This document shows positions 1 to 9,775 of a stretch of DNA of 64,000 nucleotides, in pieces. The DNA comes from a virus (lineage: Duplodnaviria; Caudoviricetes), in IMG/VR virus record IMGVR_UViG_3300011337_000669; one strand, written 5' to 3'. The notes under the pieces were generated by a model, which was given only the letters and a program-made list of their open reading frames with translations, was not told where the DNA came from and did no database searches. The number at the start of each line of letters is the position of its first letter. The first letter of the stretch is position 1. Position numbers and translations under genes: made by a program.

Positions 1-1115
1 TCAATTATTTGGATTGATGAAAAATCTTCAGAGTCCCCACGAGAAACGTCAACTCCCATAACATACTTATGGCCATTTACAGGTTCCTTAAAAATCCATA
101 AAGCATTACCCATAAGTTTTGCTTGAGGGGCTTGTAATTGATTTTTAGAGATGTTCTGCATCAAATCAGAATCGAATACGTTATCACCCGATCCCAAGAA
201 GTTGCATTCAAGTTCTTGTGCAACTTTACGTCTATCGTATTTGAGTTTTTTTACCATCCCCTCAAACCATGCTGAACAAGGCTTATATCCTTGAGAAATA
301 TAATCTGTTACAATATTATGATCTCTTTCGTAGGGATTATCATTACTTAAGGAAATAACGGTGTCTAAAGGATAATCTTCTCGATTCAAAAGGTAATGAA
401 CCAAATCATTTGTCTTTACCATGTATAAATCTCTGGTATAACGAGGGTCTCGATACCAAAACATTTCAGAGATTTTGAAATCATTCATACCTCTTAAGGC
501 TTGGTCATATATTTCATAATATATTGGATCGTACCCGTTTGGGGTGGAAACTACAATAACTTTACCACCAGTAGATAGTGACGCCATACAGGCAGACCAA
601 AAATCTCCGTCAGCCTCGATAAAGGCGGCTTCGTCAAAAATAAGAATTGTTGGTGTATAACCTCTAAGAGCATCTTTGGATGTTGCAACCGCTTTGACCT
701 CACATCCATTATTAAGTTTGAAATGTCTTTGAGAGTTTTTTTCCACTGAAAACCCGATTGAAACCCAACTAGGCCATTGTTCAATAAATGCCCTTATCTT
801 GTTAGCCATTTCAACTGAAGTATCTAACTTGTTGGCGATGATTAGAACTTTTTCAGGCCTTTCCTTTCTTGCAAATGCGAGTTTTTTTGACGCCCAAGCT
901 GCGGTTACAGTTGAAACCCCCGCTTGTCTATATTTTAACGCAATGTTTTCGTTGTGGGTTTCGTAATCTTCAAGTAGTGAAACTTGGTCAGGAAAAAGTT
1001 CTAATGGGACATACTTTGACACTGTATTATCGTATGTCTGTAAATAAGTACGAAGTGCATAAGGGGTATTCCTCATACACTTCGTATATTCTATTATTAA
1101 TTGTTCTTTGTTCAC
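1..1115 (-). CDS. terL: Terminase large subunit, T4 gp17-like (3' end runs off the window)
   Basis: Manual translation from GTG at 1115 (absent from the ORF track because no stop lies in the window): KYRQAGVST (Walker A region), ILIFDEAAFI (Walker B), VSTPNG, QELECNFLGSG, YVMGVDVSRGDSEDFSS (RNase H-like nuclease motif). Confidence 0.93.
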   Translation of the reverse strand, partial: MNKEQLIIEYTKCMRNTPYALRTYLQTYDNTVSKYVPLELFPDQVSLLEDYETHNENIALKYRQAGVSTVTAAWASKKLAFARKERPEKVLIIANKLDTSVEMANKIRAFIEQWPSWVSIGFSVEKNSQRHFKLNNGCEVKAVATSKDALRGYTPTILIFDEAAFIEADGDFWSACMASLSTGGKVIVVSTPNGYDPIYYEIYDQALRGMNDFKISEMFWYRDPRYTRDLYMVKTNDLVHYLLNREDYPLDTVISLSNDNPYERDHNIVTDYISQGYKPCSAWFEGMVKKLKYDRRKVAQELECNFLGSGDNVFDSDLMQNISKNQLQAPQAKLMGNALWIFKEPVNGHKYVMGVDVSRGDSEDFSSIQII

Positions 1116-1136
1116 ACAGTTAAATCACATTCTGAT

Positions 1137-2411
1137 TTATGGTCTTGGAATTCCCAAATCTCTATAAAGTTGGTCCAAATCATCATCTTCATCTTCGGAA
1201 CCTTCTTCTCCTTTAAAATCATCATACTCACTCTTTGACTGTTGAGCTTGTTTCATAATTTCTTTGAATTTTGCAGTTGCCTTTCTAACTTTGGATTCAT
1301 CTTCCGAAATTGCATTACCAATAATATCTAAAAATTCTTTAGCTTCTGTCTTGTAAAGAATTGAATAAAACCAAGGTACCAACCCTTTGTTTGCTTCATC
1401 ATACATTTCGTCAGGTAATGCAAACCTTAATTTTTCAACAATTTCAGGACCTATTCTAAGTTGCATCGGTTCGTTTGATAAAACATCCGTTACTCCTCTA
1501 ACTTGTTGAGACATTTCTGGATCTTCAGGTAATCCATGTCTTGCAATAGATTCCTCTAACCCTTTAATTATTTCATGACACAAAATTGGGAATATTAAAC
1601 CTTCTGCAACAATTTTTGTATCAGGTTCATCTTCACCCTCGCCACCCTCGTCTTCGTCTTCATCTTTATTTTCTAACTTGACTTTTCCGGCAACACCATT
1701 TCCTGTTTGCGACATCATTTCAATCATTTGTTCCATAGAAAAATACATGAAATCATTGATTGACATAATTTTCAAATAAGAAGGATATAATTGTGGGTCA
1801 ATTTCATCCAATCTTGATTTAATCTCAGGTTTTTGGAAAATATAATGACCTTTTTTCGCAGCACCTTGGACAAGAGCATTAATCATATTTCTTTTATGAA
1901 TTTCCAACTCCATTACTTCTTCGTCAGTTAAATCTTCAACGTCAAAAGAAGGAATTTCAGGTGTTTCTTCATCTTCCTTTTTCTTTGGTTTAGTCGCCTG
2001 CATTCTAAAGTCTGAAATATTAATAGGTGCTCTATTCAGTAATGCTTCAATTGTAAACCAATCAGCAGGAACTTGAGTTTCCTCCAAGCATGCGTCAATT
2101 GCAAGTTGTTCTAATTCTTCTCTATGTCTCCCTTCAATTCTTGTTATTCCTGGAACTTTACTCATCATTTCTTGAAAAAGCATTCCTTGAACTTGTTGAG
2201 AACTAAGATCCTGTACTCCGGTCACTTGTTTCAACTTATCTGCGACTTTTCCGAATCTTGAACTTACCAATCTTTGTACATCCTCAACTCCCTTTCTCAT
2301 TGCAGGATTCTTCGCGTACAAACTTTCAGGACTTCCCAATTTTCGTTCTAATCTTGGGTCCATTCTTTCGGGTCTATCCCCGTAATTTATTTGTTCTTTA
2401 ATCTTCGCCAT
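1137..2411 (-). CDS. Hypothetical acidic phage protein immediately upstream of terminase
   Basis: 424-aa ORF co-oriented with terL; no recognisable catalytic motif. Confidence 0.6.
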   Translation of the reverse strand: MAKIKEQINYGDRPERMDPRLERKLGSPESLYAKNPAMRKGVEDVQRLVSSRFGKVADKLKQVTGVQDLSSQQVQGMLFQEMMSKVPGITRIEGRHREELEQLAIDACLEETQVPADWFTIEALLNRAPINISDFRMQATKPKKKEDEETPEIPSFDVEDLTDEEVMELEIHKRNMINALVQGAAKKGHYIFQKPEIKSRLDEIDPQLYPSYLKIMSINDFMYFSMEQMIEMMSQTGNGVAGKVKLENKDEDEDEGGEGEDEPDTKIVAEGLIFPILCHEIIKGLEESIARHGLPEDPEMSQQVRGVTDVLSNEPMQLRIGPEIVEKLRFALPDEMYDEANKGLVPWFYSILYKTEAKEFLDIIGNAISEDESKVRKATAKFKEIMKQAQQSKSEYDDFKGEEGSEDEDDDLDQLYRDLGIPRP

Positions 2412-2415
2412 TTTA

Positions 2416-3330
2416 TTATTTCAATAAATTTAAGATAACATCAATTACTTCTTGTTTCGCATCTTCAGGAGATATTCTTCCTGCTTTCGGGTCAATTTGT
2501 TCTCCCGGTCTTGGATTTTTTCCAGGATGTGAAGGTCTTGTTGTTGGTTTGGTGTCAGGTTTAGTAATTGGTCTAGTTGGTGCTGTAGTTGGTTCACCAG
2601 CTTTTGGGTCTATTTGTTCTCCCGGTCTTGGATTTTTTCCAGGATGTGAAGGTCTTGTTCCAGGTTTAGTATCTGGTTTTGTTGTTGGTTTTACAGGTGC
2701 AGTTAATGGTGAATTTGCTTCTGAAAGATATTTCATTAAGTCACCTTTAGTTATTCTTGGAGGTAAGTTTTTTTCCACGATTTTTGTTATTTCTGATTCT
2801 ATAAACAAAGATACAGGATTTTTTCCTTCTTCCAATTGTTTTTTTACAGACTTTACGCATCTCTCGAATTTTCTTGTTCTTTTAGGTCCAACCTGTGCAT
2901 GGCATATTGCCCATGGATTTGGTTGACCTGGCTTAAGGTCTGATTCACTTTCAAACATACCCATACCATCAGTCTCATTACCAAATCCATCATCTGATGA
3001 AGGACCCACTTGTTTTGGGTCTTGAGTTTCAATTTCTTTATTTGGGTCTGTAGTTACTTCTACATCTTCTTCAAGTTCGCTTTCAGCCGCAGTTGCCATA
3101 ACTTCTTTTGTATTTGGATCTTGTCTTACTGAGTATCCTTTTGGGTTTGGAGGTAAACTACCACCTTTAGATCCAATTTTATATGTTGGTTTAGAAGGTA
3201 CTTGTGTAACCTGTTCGGATATAATCAATTTACTATGAAGAATTTCAATTTGGGATTCTGTTAATTTCCCAACTGTTTTCGCAGATAATCCTTTATCAAT
3301 CAATTCGAGTGCTTTTTTATTAACTTTCAT
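2416..3330 (-). CDS. Hypothetical protein with Pro/Thr/Lys-rich internal tandem repeat
   Basis: 304-aa ORF; RPSHPGKNPRPGEQIDPKAG occurs twice. Confidence 0.6.
   Translation of the reverse strand: MKVNKKALELIDKGLSAKTVGKLTESQIEILHSKLIISEQVTQVPSKPTYKIGSKGGSLPPNPKGYSVRQDPNTKEVMATAAESELEEDVEVTTDPNKEIETQDPKQVGPSSDDGFGNETDGMGMFESESDLKPGQPNPWAICHAQVGPKRTRKFERCVKSVKKQLEEGKNPVSLFIESEITKIVEKNLPPRITKGDLMKYLSEANSPLTAPVKPTTKPDTKPGTRPSHPGKNPRPGEQIDPKAGEPTTAPTRPITKPDTKPTTRPSHPGKNPRPGEQIDPKAGRISPEDAKQEVIDVILNLLK
2489..2660. repeat. Intragenic direct repeat, 117-nt (39-codon) period
   Basis: gggtc(a/t)atttgttctcccggtcttggattttttccaggatgtgaaggtcttgtt starts at 2489 and 2606. Confidence 0.9.
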
Positions 3331-3715
3331 AAACTACTTTTTTTTCGAATTCTAATATTAAATCTCTTTCGTAGAGTTTGTCTTTTATTTGTTGTTCGGA
3401 CATTCCAAATCTAAAAACCATTCTTTTATGATTTCCATATTCGTCTGTTTCCCATGCTAACGCAACTACATCGTCGATTGCATCTTCCATAGAAAAAAAA
3501 TCGGAGTTCTGAATCAATTCCAATTTTACATCAGTATTTCTCAGAACTCCTACTTTTTTAATATGATGTATTTCGGGAGGACTTGGATAACCGTTAGCCG
3601 GTCTACTTTCCCAAGAATCTCCCCAAACATCAAGACTATCAGAGAAAATGAATTCGTAAAGATTGTCTCCCTTATAATTGGGACCTAAACCATTTACGTA
3701 TATCAAATAACTCAT
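3320..3715 (-). CDS. Hypothetical protein
   Basis: 131-aa ORF overlapping both neighbours, consistent with translational coupling. Confidence 0.6.
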   Translation of the reverse strand: MSYLIYVNGLGPNYKGDNLYEFIFSDSLDVWGDSWESRPANGYPSPPEIHHIKKVGVLRNTDVKLELIQNSDFFSMEDAIDDVVALAWETDEYGNHKRMVFRFGMSEQQIKDKLYERDLILEFEKKVVYES

Positions 3716-4920
3716 ACTAATAATCCTTCAGGTGATATTTTTACTTGTTTACCTTTATTTTCAAATACTAAATTTTTCTTATTCGTAACTCCAACAATTT
3801 TTGCTGAAGAATTTTCTTCTAAGAATTTTTTAGCAGAAAATTCTTGTTCGATAGTTTCACTTAATCTTACAACTTCTTTCATTTGTTTTTTAACTTCAGA
3901 AACTTTTGTGTTTTTCCCCTTACTTTCAAGAATTTCTTTTTTAGAAATTTCAAAATACTTGGAGATTACTTTATCAACTTGTGATTCTCCGAAAATACTA
4001 TCAATGATTGCTCCGTTTCCATATCCCCCTTCTTCCATTTCATATCCCTCAACAGGAACATCCATATCTGCTTGAATATCTTCAACTTCACTATCATCAG
4101 TCATATCTAATCCACCCATATCATCTCCACCTAAATCTTCTGATTCTTCATCGAATTTAGACATAATATCTTCTTTATCTTCTTCGGATAATGACTTAAG
4201 GTCTAATGAAGATAATACCATGTTGATAACATACTTTATATCTTCAGAAGTCATTCCTTCTTGAGTGTCTAAAGTTCTAATTTTTTGGGTTAATTTTCCC
4301 GTAAGTTTTTGAATAGTTTTGAACGTAACTTGGTCTTCTTCTCCCGTTGCAGGAGTTTCAATATCCATAGATACATCTGTATCAACGTCTCCTTCAGGAC
4401 CCATATCCATACCCATGTCGATGTTTAATTCATCTTCTCCATCAGGCATTTCAGCACTTGGAGCTGGTGGTAAAGATGGTGAAGGAACTGCTGGTGGTGC
4501 TGCAGGTACCTCGGCAGCAGGCATTGGTTCTGCCGCTGGTTTAGGAGTTTTTAACGTGAATCTTTTTTGTTCTCCGTATAAAGAAACTTCTTCTTCGTTT
4601 TCATTGATTCTATTCAACTCTCCTGCCACTAAATTTAATCTTTTGAATGCTTGAGAATATGAAGAATAGTATTTTCTATTTTTCATTGGCTCAATATAAT
4701 CAGTCTCAGATTCTGAAATGGTTTTTTTAATAATATAACCCTGTCTTTCTTTAACTATTTCATACTTATTCCCATCGGCAAGAGAAATTGAATATTCAGA
4801 TCTCGCGGTTTCATTAATATTCGATGGTATTACCTCGTTAAAACGAGCAATTTCCATGATTCTTTTTAATTTATCTTGTCCAGTCAATTTTTCACTGCCA
4901 AGTGGTTTCAAATCTGCCAT
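3712..4920 (-). CDS. Highly acidic protein, possible head scaffold/core protein
   Basis: 402 aa, long D/E/M/P/G low-complexity linkers, near terL; function inferred only. Confidence 0.4.
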   Translation of the reverse strand: MADLKPLGSEKLTGQDKLKRIMEIARFNEVIPSNINETARSEYSISLADGNKYEIVKERQGYIIKKTISESETDYIEPMKNRKYYSSYSQAFKRLNLVAGELNRINENEEEVSLYGEQKRFTLKTPKPAAEPMPAAEVPAAPPAVPSPSLPPAPSAEMPDGEDELNIDMGMDMGPEGDVDTDVSMDIETPATGEEDQVTFKTIQKLTGKLTQKIRTLDTQEGMTSEDIKYVINMVLSSLDLKSLSEEDKEDIMSKFDEESEDLGGDDMGGLDMTDDSEVEDIQADMDVPVEGYEMEEGGYGNGAIIDSIFGESQVDKVISKYFEISKKEILESKGKNTKVSEVKKQMKEVVRLSETIEQEFSAKKFLEENSSAKIVGVTNKKNLVFENKGKQVKISPEGLLV

Positions 4921-4948
4921 ATTTTGATTTATTTATATATTTTTGTTT

Positions 4949-5131
4949 TTAATTGTTTAATCCTTGGAATCCTCCTAATGCAATAGCACTTAAGTCGTTA
5001 ACTGTTGTTCCTGTACCTGAAACGGCAACTGGGTGTGGGGCGACTGAACCCGCAGGTGCGGTACCTCCACTGAAATCCCCCAATATGTTTATGGTATATG
5101 CATATTGTACGTTTACATCTATAGTTCCCAT
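4949..5131 (-). CDS. Small Gly/Ala/Thr-rich late protein
   Basis: 60-aa ORF preceded by the TATTTATA motif seen before other late genes. Confidence 0.55.
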   Translation of the reverse strand: MGTIDVNVQYAYTINILGDFSGGTAPAGSVAPHPVAVSGTGTTVNDLSAIALGGFQGLNN

Positions 5132-5184
5132 CTAATTTTTTCTTTATAAATATATGGTTATTCACATTTATTAAGGTGTAAGTA

Positions 5185-5928
5185 TCAGTCTTCCAATTTT
5201 CTCTCGATAGAAAGTTCTTTATCGAGAGCTTTATTTGACATATCAAACAATTTTTCGATGTGTCCCGACCTTCTTAAAAACTTAAAAACCAAGTTTTCGT
5301 AAGAAAGTTCACCTTCTTTTTCCAAACCTGATTTTCTATAATTTTTTAACTTTTCTTTGATTGAATCTATCAATTTAATATCATCTTCCGAATTTTCGGA
5401 TTCAATTACCTTATCAATTTTTTCAGTCCAGTTTTTGATTTTCTTTTCCAAAACTGATTTATCAATCTCGTTTTCAAACTGTTTAGGTTTTGTTACCCAC
5501 TCATCATTCATTACTGAATAAACACCTGTTGCGAAATGTGGCTCTTCATTATCTTGTGCATATAATTCGACATCATATCCAAATATTTTAATATCATGTT
5601 TGTCGTTGAATACTTGTTTCTTTAGATTATATAATTCTTTATATAACGGCGATTCATCTTCGAATTGTTGTAAATCTACAAGAATGTGTAAATCAAAATC
5701 AGAATATTCCGACCAATTAAAATTTGCTAATGAACCAGTCAAAACAATATCTTCAACAAAAACATCTTCGCCAAGATAATCAATGAATTTTTCAGCAATC
5801 TTTAATAAAGCGTTTTTCACCTTCGGAACCATCTTTGCTTTCTGTGGGTTCTCAGGATTCTCCCAAATTTTTGGATTGAGGGTTTCTTGTACTGAAAAAC
5901 TATTAAGGATTTTTTGAAAATTATTCAT
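5185..5928 (-). CDS. Nucleotidyltransferase (Pol beta superfamily)
   Basis: VLTGSLANFNWSEYSDFDLH = GS...DxD signature; downstream VELY. Confidence 0.8.
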   Translation of the reverse strand: MNNFQKILNSFSVQETLNPKIWENPENPQKAKMVPKVKNALLKIAEKFIDYLGEDVFVEDIVLTGSLANFNWSEYSDFDLHILVDLQQFEDESPLYKELYNLKKQVFNDKHDIKIFGYDVELYAQDNEEPHFATGVYSVMNDEWVTKPKQFENEIDKSVLEKKIKNWTEKIDKVIESENSEDDIKLIDSIKEKLKNYRKSGLEKEGELSYENLVFKFLRRSGHIEKLFDMSNKALDKELSIERKLED

Positions 5929-5939
5929 CTATATAAATA

Positions 5940-6182
5940 CTATAATTTCTTATACTTGAACGTATTTGATATGTCCGTAGTAAAAAACTTTCCTTGTGAC
6001 TCTGACATTCGGAATTTTGTATATATTTGGTGAGGGACATTTTCATACTCATATTTGAATCCATTATTAAATTCTACTACAAGTTTTTTTGTTTCAGTAT
6101 CGTATTCTGTTTTTTTAATGTTAGAAGATTTTATTTCATTAATAATCTTCGTCCCCTGAATTTCTTCTTTCAGTATTGCCAT
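5940..6182 (-). CDS. KTSC domain protein
   Basis: SSNIKKTEYD...LVVEFNNG..YEYENVP...ESQGKFF matches the KTSC pattern. Confidence 0.85.
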   Translation of the reverse strand: MAILKEEIQGTKIINEIKSSNIKKTEYDTETKKLVVEFNNGFKYEYENVPHQIYTKFRMSESQGKFFTTDISNTFKYKKL

Positions 6183-6471
6183 CTCTAAGTGGTATTAGTT
6201 CGTTTATCTTTTTCAGTCGTGGTACTATAAAATCATCAAATTCATCTTCAGAAATATCAAACCCAAAATCATTAACTTGTTTTAGTAAGTTAGTATGAAT
6301 CTTATTTAATCTCTCATGAAATAAAAACATTTTTTCAGTATACATTGGCGGACTTTCCATGTCCTTTTCAGAAAAATTTAATTCTTGAAAATATTGTCTC
6401 ATTTCCAAATATGCGTCCAAAAATTCTCTTAAACCACTTAGGTTGGATAGGTATTTTTCAAAAGGTTTCAT
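6139..6471 (-). CDS. Hypothetical protein
   Basis: ORF-track frame; likely start MKPFEK at 6471. Confidence 0.5.
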   Translation of the reverse strand: MKPFEKYLSNLSGLREFLDAYLEMRQYFQELNFSEKDMESPPMYTEKMFLFHERLNKIHTNLLKQVNDFGFDISEDEFDDFIVPRLKKINELIPLRDGNTERRNSGDEDY

Positions 6472-6552
6472 AAATATAAATATTATAAAATTTTTTTGTA
6501 TATAAAGTACTACAAAAATAAAAACCCTCACATCTCTGTGAGGGTTTTTTAG

Positions 6553-6924
6553 TTACTTCAACTTCCTAAGTTGGTCTCTAATTTCAATCGATTTTTCAAA
6601 ATTTTGTTCTTCGATTGATTTTTTAAGTTCCTCTTCAAGTTTGTCGATTTCCTTTTGGTTAATTTCTAATTTCTTGATTTGGTCTCTTAGTTCAACCGCT
6701 TTTTCAAAATCTTCATTTTCAATTGAGATTTCAAGTTGTTGTTTCAAATTTTTTGAAGTTGGGTTTGTTTTGGTGTTGTCGTGGTAATACGTAGTTATTT
6801 TCATTGTCCCATCTTCTGAAACTTTAGTTTGAGTTTTCCACTCTCCGTTATTTGGGGTTAATTGTGCGAACATTTCATCGAACGCTCTAAAGATGTCATT
6901 ATAAGATCTTCTGTTACCAAACAT
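6553..6924 (-). CDS. Protein with two UVR (UvrB/UvrC) coiled-coil motifs
   Basis: LEISIENEDFEKAVELRDQIK and LKKSIEEQNFEKSIEIRDQLR; divergent from clpC. Confidence 0.8.
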   Translation of the reverse strand: MFGNRRSYNDIFRAFDEMFAQLTPNNGEWKTQTKVSEDGTMKITTYYHDNTKTNPTSKNLKQQLEISIENEDFEKAVELRDQIKKLEINQKEIDKLEEELKKSIEEQNFEKSIEIRDQLRKLK

Positions 6925-7102
6925 AATTTTAGTTTTTTATTTTAAGTTTATTTGTTATCTTTGTTCCAAGATTTATGCCGATAGTGATTATATGACATTA
7001 TGACAGAAAAAGATTTAATAACATTAAATATTTCCTGACAATTTGTCCAATCATTGGGATAAGAATAAAAATTGTTATTACTTTGTAAAAACTAAAAACG
7101 TT

Positions 7103-9118
7103 ATGAACGACTTAATGGACGACGAAGACAAAATGATGAGTAAAAGACAGAAGTCAGGCGGGGACAGCTCGACTCCTGTACTGGACAATTTCAGTAGAGA
7201 TTTGAATAAGCTCGCCGAAGAAGGAAAATTAGACCCCGTAATTGGAAGGGATAGAGAAATCCTGAGAATTGCACAGATTCTTTCCCGAAGAAAAAAGAAT
7301 AACCCAATCATTATTGGAGAACCTGGTTGTGGTAAGACCGCTATTGCTGAAGGTCTAGCAATGAAAATCGTAAGTGGTGAATGCCCTCGTAATTTGTTGG
7401 ATAAACGACTCGTTAATTTGGATTTGACTTCAGTTGTTGCTGGTACAAAATACCGTGGTCAATTCGAGGAAAGAATGAAAGTAATCCTTGAAGAACTTAG
7501 TGCAAACCCTAACATTATTGTATTCATTGATGAGATCCATACTCTAGTTGGTTCAGGTAATTCATCAGGAGCTATGGATGGTTCCAACATCTTCAAACCA
7601 GCATTATCTCGTGGTGAGATTCAAGTAATCGGTGCGACAACTTTGGATGAGTTCAGAAAACACATTGAAAAAGATGGAGCGTTAGAGCGTAGATTTCAAA
7701 AAGTAATTGTTGAACCATCTACTGTGATTGAAACAATTGAAATTTTGAACAACGTTCGAGATAAATACGAAACATACCACAAGGTAATTTACTCCAATGA
7801 AGTTATCGAAACTTGTGTGAAGTTGGCTGACAGATATATTACCGACCGTGAGTTTCCAGACAAAGCATTCGACATTATGGATGAAGTTGGTGCTAGAATG
7901 CAGACCGAACTTAAGGTTCCTGAGGTAATCGAAGAGTTGAAGCGTAAAGCCGCTGACCTGAAACAACAGAAAATGGATGTTGTGAAGAAACAAAACTATG
8001 AACAAGCCGCCCAACTGAGAGACAAAGAGAAAAAGTTGTTGGACAAATTGGAACAAGAAAAACAGAAGTTTGAGGAACAAATGTCCAAAGACAAACAAAA
8101 GATTAGTTTGGAAGATGTTTATGATGTAGTGTCAAACATGACTAAAATTCCTGTCAATAAAATGTCTGTGGATGATACCAAAGCGTTGTTGAATTTGGAT
8201 AAACACATCGTTGGAACTGTCATTGGTCAGGATGCTGCGGTTATCAAGGTTGCAAAATCAATCAAGAGAAACCGACTTGGCATCAAAGACCCAAATCGTC
8301 CGATTGGTTCATTCGTTTTCTTGGGTTCAACAGGTGTCGGTAAAACTCACCTCGCAAAACAACTTGCAAAAGAAATGTTTGGTAGCGAGGACGCTCTAAT
8401 CCGTGTGGATATGTCCGAATATCAAGAGAAGCATACCGTATCCAAATTGGTTGGAGCGCCTCCAGGTTATGTTGGATACGAAGAGGGTGGATTGTTAACC
8501 GAGAAAGTTAAGAACAAACCTTACTCTGTTATCTTGTTTGATGAGGTTGAGAAAGCTCACAAAGATGTATTCACCGTATTACTTCAAATCTTGGACGATG
8601 GTCACGTTACGGATAGTTTGGGTAGAAAGATTAACTTCAAGAATACCCTGATTATCTTAACATCAAATCTTGGAGTTAAAAAATTACAGGACTTCGGAAC
8701 TGGTATTGGATTCTCAAATAATACCTATAGTAACGAAGAAGCGAAGAAAGAAATCTTGATGAAAGAAATGAAGAATTTCTTTTCACCTGAATTCATCAAC
8801 CGTATCGATGACACCATCGTTTTCAATTCTCTATCTCAAGAGGATATCAAGAAAATCACAGACATCGAACTTAAGAAGTTGATGAAGCGTCTTGACGAAA
8901 TGAAGTATAAGATTACTTACGATGAATCACTTTTGAATTACCTATCAAAAATCGGATATGATGAGGTATACGGTGCAAGACCACTCAAGAGAGCGATTCA
9001 GGACAAAGTTGAAGACTTATTATCTGAAGAAGTTCTGACCGACAAAATTATCGTAGGAAAAACCTACGTGATTAAAGTCGAAGATGAAGTAGTCAAAGTA
9101 GTCAAGAAAGGTCGGTAA
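7103..9118 (+). CDS. clpC: ClpC-type AAA+ unfoldase lacking the N-terminal Clp repeat domain
   Basis: GEPGCGKT/IVFIDEIH (NBD1), UVR M-domain QNYEQAAQLRD, GSTGVGKT/ILFDEVEK (NBD2), GIGF ClpP-docking loop, YGARPLKR; likely start MNDLM at 7103. Confidence 0.92.
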   Translation: MNDLMDDEDKMMSKRQKSGGDSSTPVLDNFSRDLNKLAEEGKLDPVIGRDREILRIAQILSRRKKNNPIIIGEPGCGKTAIAEGLAMKIVSGECPRNLLDKRLVNLDLTSVVAGTKYRGQFEERMKVILEELSANPNIIVFIDEIHTLVGSGNSSGAMDGSNIFKPALSRGEIQVIGATTLDEFRKHIEKDGALERRFQKVIVEPSTVIETIEILNNVRDKYETYHKVIYSNEVIETCVKLADRYITDREFPDKAFDIMDEVGARMQTELKVPEVIEELKRKAADLKQQKMDVVKKQNYEQAAQLRDKEKKLLDKLEQEKQKFEEQMSKDKQKISLEDVYDVVSNMTKIPVNKMSVDDTKALLNLDKHIVGTVIGQDAAVIKVAKSIKRNRLGIKDPNRPIGSFVFLGSTGVGKTHLAKQLAKEMFGSEDALIRVDMSEYQEKHTVSKLVGAPPGYVGYEEGGLLTEKVKNKPYSVILFDEVEKAHKDVFTVLLQILDDGHVTDSLGRKINFKNTLIILTSNLGVKKLQDFGTGIGFSNNTYSNEEAKKEILMKEMKNFFSPEFINRIDDTIVFNSLSQEDIKKITDIELKKLMKRLDEMKYKITYDESLLNYLSKIGYDEVYGARPLKRAIQDKVEDLLSEEVLTDKIIVGKTYVIKVEDEVVKVVKKGR

Positions 9119-9160
9119 ATTAAAAAGGGGAGAAATCCCCTTTTTTTTATATTTATAATC

Positions 9161-9775
9161 ATGAGTAATTTTTCCCGACTGTTAGATAAATTCAAAAATT
9201 CACTTCCAGAAGATTTACAATCAAAAGTTGATGTAATAGAAAACTTTGTTGTAAACTATATTCGTGATAATGAGATTAACGTAAAATTTTTGAATTCATG
9301 TTCAGCATCAGCAGGGTTCACAGGAGTTAGGACAAGAGACCAAATAATTATTTGTTCTCCAATCAGTATGGAAACCATCGGGGATTTTTTATATACGATA
9401 TTTCACGAAATCAGGCATGAGCAACAAATTAGAGATTTGAAAATGTTAAACCCTTTAACTGATTTTGATTTGGAGGATTTTGAGGCTCTTTACGAACAAT
9501 ACTGGAATATGGAGTTAGATGCTGACAAATTCGCAAAGGAAATGGTAGCAAAACTGGTAATCAAATTGGAGATCCCAATTGATATTGCAAAAAAATTATT
9601 TTCGTTGTCACTATACGTCCAGCAATATCCAACCATGTCAAACATGGTTCGTGGAAGTATTCAACAAATTATTAACGACATTAAGAGAATAAAAAAATCG
9701 GGTGGAGAATATACTGATATTCAAGACCACCCGATAGTACAAAGACACATCGATAAGTTAGAGGATTTTATTTAA
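9161..9775 (+). CDS. Hypothetical protein with HExxH metallopeptidase-like motif
   Basis: FHEIRHEQQ followed by a downstream E (MELDAD). Confidence 0.5.
   Translation: MSNFSRLLDKFKNSLPEDLQSKVDVIENFVVNYIRDNEINVKFLNSCSASAGFTGVRTRDQIIICSPISMETIGDFLYTIFHEIRHEQQIRDLKMLNPLTDFDLEDFEALYEQYWNMELDADKFAKEMVAKLVIKLEIPIDIAKKLFSLSLYVQQYPTMSNMVRGSIQQIINDIKRIKKSGGEYTDIQDHPIVQRHIDKLEDFI

Noticed and set aside
1113-1130. In-frame ATG-TGA five codons upstream of the terminase GTG, suggesting stop-codon recoding
   Set aside because: Genes throughout are intact under code 11, TGA and TAG are used as normal stops, and no suppressor tRNA was found.
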